DNA of 64,000 bases from a virus: the IMG/VR virus record IMGVR_UViG_3300020220_003261. One strand, 5' to 3'. A program made the translations under genes and the position numbers. Position 1 is the stretch's first letter; each line of letters begins with the position of its first letter. Shown one piece after another: positions 8,999 to 19,239 of this stretch. The notes under the pieces were generated by a model. That model saw only the letters and a program-made list of their open reading frames with translations, searched no databases and was not told where the DNA came from.

Positions 8999-9215
8999 AT
9001 TTTTAAATCAACTTGCTGTCATATCAGATTTGATTGAAAGTTTAAGTGTTGATACTAAATCACAAACATTAATTTTTGAATTGTCTAAGGTAGAATTTGA
9101 ACGAGCATTTGATTTAATACAAAAGAAATATGGTAGAAAAATGGATCAACCTTTAGATAGTTTTACAATTTCTATAGGTATGGTTGATATTGTATTTAAT
9201 ACGAGTAATGTCTGA
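8982..9215 (+). CDS. Hypothetical protein
   Basis: 77-aa ORF, overlap-coupled. Confidence 0.65.
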   Translation: MEKKGEFLNQLAVISDLIESLSVDTKSQTLIFELSKVEFERAFDLIQKKYGRKMDQPLDSFTISIGMVDIVFNTSNV

Positions 9216-9834
9216 AAAGTTCCGTTTTTTTAAATCCTTTGGATTCTAATAGTTTGTATAGTAATTTTCTTTGATGAGTTGTAACGTCCTTTACAAAAAT
9301 GAAATTTGTTTTCTTTTTATTTAACAAATCATCCCTAACGATTTCAAATAATCTTTCACTATCTTTTATATTTTTATTACCAAATAATTTAACATCATCC
9401 TCAATTTGAACAAATAATTTATTATTCAATGTAAAAATTTGTGCGATTTCATTTATTGGGTAAATTTTTTCCATCATCTCATAAAACCTTACTCTTTTTT
9501 TTATTTGAAAATCGTACACTAACTCTTCTTTCCAATAAGGGATTATTTCTTTTATTCTATACTTACCATCTTCAATCTTTGCTTCTAAATTTCTACCTAA
9601 ACTATCTTTTACCCAAGGATTAGTTGACCATCTTGTATTAGGATAAATCAGTGCAAGTTCAAATATTTGTTCATGACTTCTTTTACCACCTTGTATTTTA
9701 ATAAATGGTGGTTTTTTTTGTGTTTTATATTCATTCCATGGTTCGGTAATCGTTGTTCTTTTCATGCAACGATATAATATTTTAACTCTTTTTTTATTAC
9801 AAAAAAGAACAATAAAATATTTTCCATTTTTCAT
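9196..9834 (-). CDS. Hypothetical basic protein
   Basis: 212-aa ORF on the minus strand, convergent with the + operon. Confidence 0.75.
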   Translation of the reverse strand: MKNGKYFIVLFCNKKRVKILYRCMKRTTITEPWNEYKTQKKPPFIKIQGGKRSHEQIFELALIYPNTRWSTNPWVKDSLGRNLEAKIEDGKYRIKEIIPYWKEELVYDFQIKKRVRFYEMMEKIYPINEIAQIFTLNNKLFVQIEDDVKLFGNKNIKDSERLFEIVRDDLLNKKKTNFIFVKDVTTHQRKLLYKLLESKGFKKTELFRHYSY

Positions 9835-9992
9835 ATTATTTTATTTATAAGTGAATATAACCCATATAAACCCAACAATCCCCATATTACAATAACCCAA
9901 ATAACAATTTTATTGACAACGGAATATTGTTTAAACACATCATTTGGATTGGGTTTTCTTCCACTTTTATCTTTACATGTTTTACAACTCAT
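9831..9992 (-). CDS. Small membrane protein with N-terminal CxxC (53 aa)
   Basis: Translated by hand: MSCKTCKDKSGRKPNPNDVFKQYSVVNKIVIWVIVIWGLLGLYGLYSLINKII*. ATGA overlap with 9196-9834. Confidence 0.65.
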   Translation of the reverse strand: MSCKTCKDKSGRKPNPNDVFKQYSVVNKIVIWVIVIWGLLGLYGLYSLINKII

Positions 9993-10096
9993 GTTTTAAT
10001 ATACACATTTTTTACTATAAATCAATGTGTAAATAATCCATCTTTTTTTTTTGAATTTTTTTGGTTATATTTTTTTATATAAAATAGATTAATATT

Positions 10097-10933
10097 ATGA
10101 TATCATATATTGGGGGTAAAGCAAGAATTGGTAAATGGATACAAAATTATATTCCGAGTAGTATAGAAACATATGTTGAAGGGTTTTCAGGAATGTTTTG
10201 GGTTTTTTTTAATATGGACTTAAAGAAATACCCAAATTTAAAAACTGTTGTATATAATGATTTTAATAGATTGAACACTAACCTATTAAAATGGGTAAAA
10301 CAGTATGATACACTATGGGATGCATTAAGATTATATCCTTGTCAACAATTAAATGTTGTCGATACTCCACCTGAGTATGAACAAATGTTTAATGAATATC
10401 AAAAAGAAGTATTTAATCCTGAATTAGTTATGACAGAAGAAAATGGATTGGAAATTGCCTGTAAGTATATTTATGTTCTATGTCAGGTATTTTCGGGTTC
10501 TAAACCTGAAACTGCATCATATATGGATTATAAAGGGAAATATAGATGTAAAGTTCTTGTGTTCATGGACAAACTTAAAAACCCAAAGTATAGGGAACAT
10601 TTTGATAGAATAACCTTTGTTGAAAATTCTGATTTTCAGGATATCGTGATAAAATATGATTCCCCAACTACATATTTTTATATGGATCCACCATATTGGA
10701 AAACAGAAAATTATTATTCAAATCATGATTTTGATAGTAAAGATCACGAAAGACTCGCGAATTGTATAAAAGGAATAAATGGTAAATTTAGCTTATCCTA
10801 TTATGATTTTCCTTTGTTATCGGAATGGTTTCCCAAAGATTCGTATAGGTGGGAACAAAAAGATTTTAGAAAGGCGGCTTCAACAAAAAAAGAAAAGAAC
10901 ATTGGAACCGAACTTTTAATTATGAATTATTAA
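10097..10933 (+). CDS. DNA adenine methyltransferase (Dam/D12 class)
   Basis: N-terminal SYIGGK, motif I YVEGFSG, catalytic YMDPPY. Confidence 0.9.
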   Translation: MISYIGGKARIGKWIQNYIPSSIETYVEGFSGMFWVFFNMDLKKYPNLKTVVYNDFNRLNTNLLKWVKQYDTLWDALRLYPCQQLNVVDTPPEYEQMFNEYQKEVFNPELVMTEENGLEIACKYIYVLCQVFSGSKPETASYMDYKGKYRCKVLVFMDKLKNPKYREHFDRITFVENSDFQDIVIKYDSPTTYFYMDPPYWKTENYYSNHDFDSKDHERLANCIKGINGKFSLSYYDFPLLSEWFPKDSYRWEQKDFRKAASTKKEKNIGTELLIMNY

Positions 10934-10955
10934 TAAATATTTATAAAAAAAAGAT

Positions 10956-11492
10956 ATGAATACATTTTGGTATGTGGTTAAGGTTACGCCTGGCAAAGAG
11001 AGATCTTTAAATGAAGAATTTAACAAATTAATTTCTTTAGGTAAAATCGAATTTATCAATAGATTTATTTGTCCAACTGAAAAAGAATTTATTATTATTA
11101 AGAAAAAAAAGGTATTAAGGGAAAAGGTGATATATGGTGGTTATCTCTATTTTGAATCAAAAAATAGATTAAATGAAGATGAGTTAAAAAATGTATCCAT
11201 GATGCCAAACATTATGGGGTTAATGGGTGATAAAAAACCTTTACTAATGTCACCGACTGATATATCACGAATATTGAAAGACGAATCTTTAACAGAGCAC
11301 ATTGAATCAAAAAAAGTAAAATATATTGTGGGAGAAAACGTCATGGTTTCTGATGGACCCTTCAAAGATTTTTATGGTATTATTGAAGAAGTGAAAAATG
11401 AAAAAGTTTACGTAAAAATAAAAATATTTGGAAGAGATAATAAAGTAGAATTAACTTTGTCACAAGTTGAAAAAGCACAAAATGTCATCTGA
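10956..11492 (+). CDS. nusG: Transcription termination/antitermination factor NusG
   Basis: NGN domain WYVVKVTPGKE...GGYLYFE. KOW domain VGENVMVSDGPFKDFYGIIEEV...KIKIFGR. Confidence 0.9.
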   Translation: MNTFWYVVKVTPGKERSLNEEFNKLISLGKIEFINRFICPTEKEFIIIKKKKVLREKVIYGGYLYFESKNRLNEDELKNVSMMPNIMGLMGDKKPLLMSPTDISRILKDESLTEHIESKKVKYIVGENVMVSDGPFKDFYGIIEEVKNEKVYVKIKIFGRDNKVELTLSQVEKAQNVI

Positions 11493-11769
11493 GGTTTTAA
11501 TTTATTTACAGACGGTCAAAAATTACTTTACAAGTAATGATGAAGCAAGAATTTATTTTATTGGATCTTCAGATGAAGAATTGTTTTACGAACATTTAGC
11601 AGAGATATCACAAAAAAATTTCGAAAAAGAAGGTGAGGTTTACTTATCAAAAGAACAGTTTGAACTTCTTAGAAAAACTATGATAGCGGTCGGCATTGCA
11701 AAAGGTAATGTTGAAAATTCAGGTTTATTTTTTTATGTTTCAGGTTATGGACACTTTTCATTGAACTAA
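11467..11769 (+). CDS. Hypothetical protein
   Basis: About 95-100-aa ORF. Likely starts at MSSEV. Confidence 0.7.
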   Translation: MKKHKMSSEVLIYLQTVKNYFTSNDEARIYFIGSSDEELFYEHLAEISQKNFEKEGEVYLSKEQFELLRKTMIAVGIAKGNVENSGLFFYVSGYGHFSLN

Positions 11770-11770
11770 C

Positions 11771-11801
11771 TTTGTTATTAGTTAATTTTATTTTATATTT
11801 C
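11771..11801 (+). promoter_or_regulatory. Bacteroidota-type -33/-7 promoter (TTTG-N19-TATATTTC)
   Basis: Correct spacing with one mismatch in the -7 box. Upstream of the AAA ATPase. Confidence 0.4.
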
Positions 11802-11805
11802 ATAT

Positions 11806-12879
11806 ATGAATAGAAATATACCAAACAATTTTTTATTGTATGATACTTCTTACGGAAATGAAATTCCAGCTGAACAATTATTCATAATATTTTTTGATGA
11901 AATGCCATCTAAACAAGTTGATTCAAACATTTATTATGATGTCTCTATTGTAGATGAATTTAAAAAAATGGATTTTGTGGAGGAGTCAAGAGTTTATTGT
12001 AATAACAGAAGATTAGAATTACAGTCGCAAATTTTGTTTACTAACAAAAAAACAAAACAAATGGTAAGAATAAACGGAACCACAGATAAAAACAAAGATA
12101 ATTTATTACAATTAGAGTTTATTTTTTCTATCAAAAATGGAACACTTGAAGAACAATATGATTTAGATAGATTAAAAAAATTCCAAAGACAAAAGAAAAA
12201 GTCAAACATAAAATTAGTAAAAAGTGATATGGGTCACTTAGATACTGAAGATTATGACTTGTTAATACCTCAAATAAATTTGGAATTAAATTATGGTAAA
12301 GAATTTATAAAAATTCATGATACTATTGTTGAGAAACTAAATAAGACTGAAGGTAAAGGAATTATTTTATTACATGGTGATCCTGGAACTGGTAAAACAT
12401 CCTATATAAAATATCTAACATCTCTTGTTAAAGAAAAGGATATATTATTTATACCACCATCTATGGCGGAAATGTTATCAGACCCATCAATTATACCATT
12501 TCTAATGGAACATAAAAATTCTATTTTAGTTATTGAAGATGCTGAAAGAGTGATATCGGACAGAGAAAATAATGGTTCGCCTGAGGGAGTATCTAATATT
12601 TTAAATTTGACTGACGGTATACTTGGGGATTGTTTAAGTATACAAATAGTTGCGACATTTAATATGAAGAGGGAAAAAATAGATCCGGCATTACTAAGAA
12701 AAGGAAGACTGATAGCGGAACACAAATTTGAAAAACTTTCTATATATGATACTGAAAAATTGTTAAGACATTTGAAAAAAGAGAGAACAATATATGAGGG
12801 TATGTATTTGGCTGATATTTACAATATCGACGTTGAGGAATTCAAAAGTAATAAAACAATAAAAATTGGATTTACATAA
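11806..12879 (+). CDS. AAA+ ATPase
   Basis: Walker A GDPGTGKT, Walker B LVIEDAE, SRH ATFN...DPALLRKGR. Confidence 0.9.
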   Translation: MNRNIPNNFLLYDTSYGNEIPAEQLFIIFFDEMPSKQVDSNIYYDVSIVDEFKKMDFVEESRVYCNNRRLELQSQILFTNKKTKQMVRINGTTDKNKDNLLQLEFIFSIKNGTLEEQYDLDRLKKFQRQKKKSNIKLVKSDMGHLDTEDYDLLIPQINLELNYGKEFIKIHDTIVEKLNKTEGKGIILLHGDPGTGKTSYIKYLTSLVKEKDILFIPPSMAEMLSDPSIIPFLMEHKNSILVIEDAERVISDRENNGSPEGVSNILNLTDGILGDCLSIQIVATFNMKREKIDPALLRKGRLIAEHKFEKLSIYDTEKLLRHLKKERTIYEGMYLADIYNIDVEEFKSNKTIKIGFT

Positions 12880-13184
12880 TGGAAAATTTGAACTCAGAAC
12901 AAGTAAAAAAATTAAAGAATCAAGGTAAAAAATTATTAGTGGATTACTATGCGAAATGGTGTGGTCCATGTAAATCATTGATACCAAGACTTGAATTAAT
13001 TGAAAAAGAATACGATTACGTCACATTTGTAAAAGTTGACGTAGACGAAAATAAAGATTCATTAATAGAATTGAGTATAAACAGTGTACCTACAGTAATG
13101 ATATATGACGGAAATACTTTAGTTGAAAGATTAATAGGTGCAAACCCCGACTACATGTATAAAGATATTTTGAATAAATTATAA
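12879..13184 (+). CDS. trxA: Thioredoxin
   Basis: WCGPC active site and cis-Pro VPT. Confidence 0.92.
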   Translation: MENLNSEQVKKLKNQGKKLLVDYYAKWCGPCKSLIPRLELIEKEYDYVTFVKVDVDENKDSLIELSINSVPTVMIYDGNTLVERLIGANPDYMYKDILNKL

Positions 13185-13466
13185 ATGTCAAATACTATTA
13201 TTTTATTTACATTAAATGGATGTAGTCATTGCACAAGTTTGAAAAAAAGATTAAACTTATCTAATATAGAATATCAAGATATTGAGATATCTCAGAATCA
13301 AAAAATTTGGGATCAAGTTGTAAAACAAACAGGACACAATGTTTTACCGACAATATTTGTAAAAAACTCAACGACGGATCTTGGGCCGGTTTATGTTCCT
13401 GGTCGTGATTATCAAAACGAAGATGAGATTTTTGAGATAATTGAATCTTACCTTAGAGAAGATTGA
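13185..13466 (+). CDS. Glutaredoxin / NrdH-like redoxin
   Basis: FTLNGCSHC active site and LPTIF cis-Pro motif. Confidence 0.85.
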   Translation: MSNTIILFTLNGCSHCTSLKKRLNLSNIEYQDIEISQNQKIWDQVVKQTGHNVLPTIFVKNSTTDLGPVYVPGRDYQNEDEIFEIIESYLRED

Positions 13467-13768
13467 AGAGTATCAAGTAATTTTTTGTAAAAAATATCTT
13501 GGTTAACACCGATAGATCTATTTACTAACTGATTTCCATTAAAAACCATTGTTGTTGGAGTAACACCAATACCGAGTTCTTCTGCGTTTTTTTTATGTTC
13601 TGCTATATTAATTTTTACAAAAGTAACATCGGTATATTCATTTTCGAATATTTCTAATCGAGGAATTAGTGTTATTGACGGTCCACACCAAGGTGCGTAA
13701 TAATCAACAAATAGTTTTTTCCCTTCCAATTTTAGTTGATCTAATTCTTGTGGTGTTACACTTCTCAT
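13448..13768 (-). CDS. Monothiol thioredoxin paralogue (WCGPS)
   Basis: Aligns end to end with 12879-13184 (GKKLxVDYYAxWCGP, LIPRLE, VTFVK) but has Ser in place of the resolving Cys. Confidence 0.85.
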   Translation of the reverse strand: MRSVTPQELDQLKLEGKKLFVDYYAPWCGPSITLIPRLEIFENEYTDVTFVKINIAEHKKNAEELGIGVTPTTMVFNGNQLVNRSIGVNQDIFYKKLLDTLQSSLR

Positions 13769-13893
13769 TATTTTTAATTTATTTTTAAAATTTTTATGAG
13801 TTATCTCTCTAATATGTAAATATCTGATAAAAAATTAAGTTTTTATTGTTGATAACACAAATAAAAAGTATTTATGTAAAAGATCTTTTTTAG

Positions 13894-14661
13894 ATGCCAT
13901 TACAACGAATTAATTGGTTACAAATTGACACTGCTAATGTCCCTTCTGGTTATACAATAGATTTAGGTGCGGTATCAGGACCATTGAATACAGGATATTT
14001 TGAAAATTTATATATCTCTGGTTTAGAATTTATTGACTACATTGGAGAGGTAGGTGGGGTCGACACTTTAAATACATATACATCTTCACTAAATCAAGCA
14101 ATTGAACTAACTGGATCTAATCTTACAGTCAAAGGAAATCTACTTGTAAAAGGAACAACGACGACAATTAATTCTAATGTAATAGATTTAGGTGATAATA
14201 TAATATCATTAAATGGTTCAGCGGGAAATTTTGGAGGTATATACGTAAATGATCCAACGAATCCAAAAAAAATCTCTGGTTCTTTATTATGGGATTCAAT
14301 AAATGATTATTGGATTGCTGGCCCAAGTGGTAGTGAAAGTAAAGTTATTTTATCAACTGATAACAATGCAGGTATTTGGAGGGAGACAGGTTCGTTCTTC
14401 GCGGCAACTAAAGATTTACAAGTTACGGGGTCGATGTTAATTAAGGGTGACTTAAAGGTTGAAGGTACAACCACATTAGTTCAAAAATTAGATTCAAATG
14501 TAGAATCTTTAATTGTTTCAGGTGCTATGAGTATTGTAAGGAACGAATTGACGCCTCAAATAGTTTCCGCATCTATGACAATACAAAATTTAGGCACGCT
14601 AGCAGACAGAAGCAAAATGTCCGTATTTAATGAGATTGATTGTGGAGACGGTTTTTTTTAA
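13894..14661 (+). CDS. Virion structural / tail-fibre-associated protein
   Basis: G/S/T/N-rich beta-repeat character. LTVKGNLLVKGTTTTINS and DNIISLN...GSLLWDSINDYW module shared with 14711-16828. Confidence 0.7.
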   Translation: MPLQRINWLQIDTANVPSGYTIDLGAVSGPLNTGYFENLYISGLEFIDYIGEVGGVDTLNTYTSSLNQAIELTGSNLTVKGNLLVKGTTTTINSNVIDLGDNIISLNGSAGNFGGIYVNDPTNPKKISGSLLWDSINDYWIAGPSGSESKVILSTDNNAGIWRETGSFFAATKDLQVTGSMLIKGDLKVEGTTTLVQKLDSNVESLIVSGAMSIVRNELTPQIVSASMTIQNLGTLADRSKMSVFNEIDCGDGFF

Positions 14662-14673
14662 TTGAAAATAAAG

Positions 14674-14681
14674 TATTTATA
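14674..14681 (+). promoter_or_regulatory. TATTTATA putative late promoter
   Basis: The same octamer precedes successive structural genes (also 16903, 19240, 22753; TATTTATG at 13869). Confidence 0.5.
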
Positions 14682-14710
14682 GATAATAAAATAAGACTAT
14701 AATTTAGAAA

Positions 14711-16828
14711 ATGGCACAAATAATTAAACACAGAAGGGGTTCAATTAATTCACTATCCGCTGCGACTGCGAAAAAGGGCGAATTAGTAATGGCCACAGGT
14801 TCTGTAGGAAACATGCAAGGTCCATGGATTTTCGTTGGTGAAACAGAGGGAACAGCCGGCGCATTCAGAAGTTTATCTAAAATTTACCAAGGTACGGATG
14901 TACCAAATTTAACAGGTGGAGAATTCGGATCAACACTTAATGGAACACCTTATTACGGTACAGCAAATCAATCTTTATATATTTTAAGTAATGCGGGTAA
15001 TACCTTAATGGATTTGACAGGTAACATCGAGGGAAATCTTATTAGTGGAGTTACAATAAATAATCTAACAGGTACCACAGTAACGGTCACAGGATTAACA
15101 AATAATAGATTAGTTGTGGTCGGTGCCAATGGATTGCTACAAGACAGTGCAGATTTAACTTTTGACGGAAGCAAGTTTAAAATTGGACAAGGTCAATTCG
15201 AAATTGATAACACTACGGGTAACATTAGAACTTCAGGTTCTATTACTATGAAAGGTAACATCATAATTGGCGATAGTCAAACTGATATTATTGATTTTAA
15301 TGGTGAGGTTAGTTCATCTATTATTCCATCTGGTTCAAATTTATTTGATTTAGGTTCCACAACTAATGCGTGGAAAGATTTGTACGTAAGTGGAACCGCA
15401 TATGTTGAAAACATTAATATTGGCCAAGTTTCATTAACAAATTTAGCATTACCCGGTAATTTAACAGTAAGCGGCACAACAACACTAAGTGGTTCTGTTT
15501 TTATTGAAGATTTAACAGACAATAGAATTGTAATTGCGGGTTCAGGTGGCCAATTAGAAGACGACGTAAACTTCACTTTTAATGGAACTCAATTAAACAT
15601 TGGACAAGGTAAATTTACAATACAACAAGGTAGTGGAAATATCAATACCTTAGGTACTTTAAACGTAAGCGGTGCAACGATTTTACAAAACACATTAACA
15701 GTAGACGGTGCATCAGAATTAAAAGGTGCCGTTGGAATGAATTCAACACTTGATGTTACAGGTTCAGCAAATTTAAAAAATAATCTCTCAGTATCAGGAA
15801 CAACAAATGTTGTTGGAGCAACAACTTTACAAAACACATTAACAGTAAATTCAACATCGGAACTTAAAGGTGCTGTTGGAATAAATTCAACACTTGATGT
15901 TACGGGTTCAGCACAATTCAAGAGTACAATTAATGTTGATGGTGAAGCGACACTAGCATCAGCAACGGTTGAGGATTTGACACAAGACAGAATTGTAACT
16001 GTGGGCGCCGGTGGTTCATTAATAGACAGTTCAGGATTTACATATAATGGTTCACTTTTCAAAATTGGTGATGGAAAATTTGAAGTAGACACAAATGATG
16101 GTGACATAAGAACATCGGGTTCATTAACTATTCAAAACGGAATAACAATTAATGGTAATCAAACAATTAATGGTGCTCTTACTGTTACTGGAAACACAAT
16201 AATTAATAGTAATCTTTATGTTTCTGGTAATGTTGAGTTTTTAGCAACATCATCCTATGTTCACATTTCTTCTTCAATAGTTGAATTAGATGACAACATT
16301 ATAAGATTAAATGCATATTCACCATTTGAAAGATATGCCGGTTTTGAGGTTATGGATTCAGGATCAAGTGGAGTTTCAGGTTCAATTCTTTGGGATTCAC
16401 TTAATGATTATTGGATGTTTGTTTCAGGTTCAGGTCAATCAAGTAAAATAATTGGAACAACAACCGGAGCTTATGGATCGGAGGTAAGTTTAACAAGTAA
16501 CACAATTCCAAAAGCAACTGGTACAAATACAATTGGCGATAGTTTATTAACAGATAATGCAACAACTTTAGCTTATAACACCAATAAATTTACAGTGACA
16601 TCAAGTAATGGTGCAACATTAATTGCTGGCAATGTAACATTATCGGCAAGTGGTGGTTCAGACGGTGGTGCCAATAGTTCAGCAATAGTATTCAGAAATT
16701 CATCAAATGTACTTGGTTATGTTCCAACAGCAGTATCAACAGTTGAAACAAACGGATTGCTTGGATATAGACCATCAAGTGGTCAATTAATATTTTCTGA
16801 TCTTATTGATGGCGGAACATACGATTAA
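14711..16828 (+). CDS. Tail fibre protein with beta-repeat shaft
   Basis: MAQIIKHRRG...GELVM head-attachment motif. Three LTxxRxVxxGxxGxL repeats and a tandem TLTVxxxSELKGAVGxNSTLDVTGSA duplication. Confidence 0.8.
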   Translation: MAQIIKHRRGSINSLSAATAKKGELVMATGSVGNMQGPWIFVGETEGTAGAFRSLSKIYQGTDVPNLTGGEFGSTLNGTPYYGTANQSLYILSNAGNTLMDLTGNIEGNLISGVTINNLTGTTVTVTGLTNNRLVVVGANGLLQDSADLTFDGSKFKIGQGQFEIDNTTGNIRTSGSITMKGNIIIGDSQTDIIDFNGEVSSSIIPSGSNLFDLGSTTNAWKDLYVSGTAYVENINIGQVSLTNLALPGNLTVSGTTTLSGSVFIEDLTDNRIVIAGSGGQLEDDVNFTFNGTQLNIGQGKFTIQQGSGNINTLGTLNVSGATILQNTLTVDGASELKGAVGMNSTLDVTGSANLKNNLSVSGTTNVVGATTLQNTLTVNSTSELKGAVGINSTLDVTGSAQFKSTINVDGEATLASATVEDLTQDRIVTVGAGGSLIDSSGFTYNGSLFKIGDGKFEVDTNDGDIRTSGSLTIQNGITINGNQTINGALTVTGNTIINSNLYVSGNVEFLATSSYVHISSSIVELDDNIIRLNAYSPFERYAGFEVMDSGSSGVSGSILWDSLNDYWMFVSGSGQSSKIIGTTTGAYGSEVSLTSNTIPKATGTNTIGDSLLTDNATTLAYNTNKFTVTSSNGATLIAGNVTLSASGGSDGGANSSAIVFRNSSNVLGYVPTAVSTVETNGLLGYRPSSGQLIFSDLIDGGTYD

Positions 16829-16849
16829 AACAAATTATACATTTATTTA

Positions 16850-16875
16850 AAAGGGAGAAATTTATTTCTCCCTTT
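16850..16875 (+). terminator. Rho-independent terminator-like hairpin
   Basis: Stem AAAGGGAGAAA / TTTCTCCCTTT with a 4-nt loop, just after the stop of 14711-16828. Confidence 0.7.
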
Positions 16876-16902
16876 CTCATTTATTTAATCCAAAATTTTA
16901 TG

Positions 16903-16910
16903 TATTTATA
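16903..16910 (+). promoter_or_regulatory. TATTTATA putative late promoter
   Basis: Intergenic, after a terminator and before fibre gene 16975. Confidence 0.5.
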
Positions 16911-16974
16911 GAGAGACTTAAATAAGTCTGATTAACCGTGGTATATACCACAATCGATTGAGGGAACCATAAAT

Positions 16975-19194
16975 ATGGCACAAATAGTAAAGTTACGTAG
17001 GAGTGCTGTTTCAGGTCAAAAACCAACAAACAGTAATCTACAACTTGGAGAATTAGCATTAAATACTACGGATGGTAAGGCGTTTATGGCCAAATCGGGA
17101 TCATCAGGTCCCTCTGTTGAAGAGTTAATCATAACGAACACGGTTAATACAGGATCAATCCATCTTACTAATAATGTAACCGCATCATTTTTTACAGGTT
17201 CATTCATAGGAAATGGTTCAGGTCTTTATAATGTTCCAGCAAGTGGTGTTACGGGTTTAAATTTATCACAAATTGCAAATGGTTCAGCAACTGCATCAAT
17301 TGATATTAGTGGATTAAATGTAAATGTGGCATTATCTGTCACTGGCTCTGTTAATGCAACTCAATTTACTGGTAGTGGTTTAGGTTTAACAAACGTACCC
17401 TTTCATATTAGTGGCTCTGATATTGATGGTGTAAATTATAATAAACAATTTACCAAATTACAATTTGACGATAGCACAGGTTTAAATGTTAGTGAATCTT
17501 TTAGTGGAACGGCATTCGTATCAATTGGTTCACATTTTAGAGATATTTTTGTTCAAGGACAGAATTTAGTAAGGGCAACTGGCTCTGATTCTGTTGAATT
17601 TATTACACAAGGTGGTTTACAAATTACAACATCACTTTCCGATACTAATTCAAATGGATACGCGAAAGAAATTATTTTCAACGTTTCACCTCTTTCGGCT
17701 TCATTGGTTAATTATGTTGATACACAATATCCTGTTTCAGGTATAACAAGAACTTTAACTGTATCATCACAACAAACAACGTGGTCATTAAATCATAATT
17801 TAGGTTACAAATATCCCGCAATTAATGTTTTTGATAATACGGATAGAGTAATTGTTCCGACTGAAATAAAATTAATTGATAATAATAATTTAGATGTATA
17901 TTTTAATGTTCCTACTGCGGGAACGGTAATAGCAACAATTGGTGGTAGTGGATCCAGTGGAACATCTGGAACAAGTGGATCATCTGGCACATCTGGTACT
18001 TCTGGTTCCTCAGGTACTAGCGGTACAAGTGGAAGTAGTGGAACCTCAGGTACATCGGGTACATCTGGCACATCAGGTTCGAGTGGTTCATCGGGTTCCA
18101 CAACAGTTGGTGCCTATGAATCAATGACTGTATCAACACCTTCAAGTGTGTGGTATTTCAATCATAATTTAGGTGCGAGATATCCAGTTTTTCAAGTTTT
18201 TGATCAGAATGGGTATCAAGTTATACCACAAGAAATATTAGCAGTTGATTTATACAACGCAACAATAACATTCTTATTTCCCGTTTCGGGTGTTATTGTT
18301 GCAACACTCGGTGAAGGCGGTGGTGGATCTTCAGGCACATCGGGTTCCTCAGGAACCGCTGGTACATCAGGAAGTAGTGGAACAAGTGGTACTTCAGGTA
18401 GTGCTGGTACAAGTGGAACATCTGGCACAAGTGGTTCAAATGGTAGTTCTGGTACTTCGGGTTCAAGTGGAACATCTGGCACAAGTGGTTCTAGTGGATC
18501 TTCGGGGACCAGTGGAACGTCTGGAACTTCAGGAAGTAGTGGAACAAGTGGGACAGCTGGAACAAGTGGTAGTTCAGGAACTTCTGGCACATCGGGTTCA
18601 TCTGGCACAAGTGGTTCTTCAGGCACAAGTGGTACAAGCGGTAGTAGTGGTACATCGGGCACATCTGGTAGTTCAGGAACATCTGGTACTTCAGGTTCTA
18701 GTGGCACTGCAGGAACATCTGGTACATCTGTTTCTATAAATGGTGCAACTAACACCGTTCTCAAATTTGAATCATCAACAGGAGTTACTAATTCATCAAT
18801 TGTTGATACAGGAACATTAGTTAAAATTGATAATAATACAACAATAACAGGTTCATTAATTGTTACAAATAATTTTGATATTAAAAATGCACAATTAAAA
18901 AATTTATCATCAAATGTTATCTCAGGTTCAAACACATTAGTATCAACATTGACAGGTTCGTATAATTCTGCATTTTTTAATTATTCAATTTTTGATAATT
19001 CAAATGCGAGAGCGGGTATTATTGTTGCTGCTTGGAATGGTAATAATATAAATTTTAATGAGACAACAACCGCAGATATCGGAAATACAAGTGACGTATT
19101 TTTTAATGTAAATCTTTCTAATGAAGGACATGTTCAGTTTAAAGTTAATACGAATTCAAGTTGGACATTTAAAACAATAACAACATTTTTATAA
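16975..19194 (+). CDS. Tail fibre with Gly-(S/T)-Ser collagen-like blocks and HNLG modules
   Basis: MAQIVKLRRSAVSGQKP...GELALNTTDGK phage fibre N-terminus. About 17 and 45 G-X-S triplets. Two HNLG..YP modules. Confidence 0.85.
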   Translation: MAQIVKLRRSAVSGQKPTNSNLQLGELALNTTDGKAFMAKSGSSGPSVEELIITNTVNTGSIHLTNNVTASFFTGSFIGNGSGLYNVPASGVTGLNLSQIANGSATASIDISGLNVNVALSVTGSVNATQFTGSGLGLTNVPFHISGSDIDGVNYNKQFTKLQFDDSTGLNVSESFSGTAFVSIGSHFRDIFVQGQNLVRATGSDSVEFITQGGLQITTSLSDTNSNGYAKEIIFNVSPLSASLVNYVDTQYPVSGITRTLTVSSQQTTWSLNHNLGYKYPAINVFDNTDRVIVPTEIKLIDNNNLDVYFNVPTAGTVIATIGGSGSSGTSGTSGSSGTSGTSGSSGTSGTSGSSGTSGTSGTSGTSGSSGSSGSTTVGAYESMTVSTPSSVWYFNHNLGARYPVFQVFDQNGYQVIPQEILAVDLYNATITFLFPVSGVIVATLGEGGGGSSGTSGSSGTAGTSGSSGTSGTSGSAGTSGTSGTSGSNGSSGTSGSSGTSGTSGSSGSSGTSGTSGTSGSSGTSGTAGTSGSSGTSGTSGSSGTSGSSGTSGTSGSSGTSGTSGSSGTSGTSGSSGTAGTSGTSVSINGATNTVLKFESSTGVTNSSIVDTGTLVKIDNNTTITGSLIVTNNFDIKNAQLKNLSSNVISGSNTLVSTLTGSYNSAFFNYSIFDNSNARAGIIVAAWNGNNINFNETTTADIGNTSDVFFNVNLSNEGHVQFKVNTNSSWTFKTITTFL

Positions 19195-19239
19195 TAAAAA
19201 GTTTTTTATGGATTATGATTAACATCTGTAATTATGAAA

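Noticed and set aside
570-13000. Short minus-strand ORFs overlapping + genes (570, 915, 2745, 4817, 6988, 7226, 11147, 11994, 12402, 12763)
   Set aside because: Fully antisense to well-supported genes, with no motifs and composition typical of shadow frames.
14711-19194. Diversity-generating retroelement suggested by Mtd-like fibre N-termini
   Set aside because: No reverse transcriptase and no template/variable repeat pair differing only at adenines was seen in the window.
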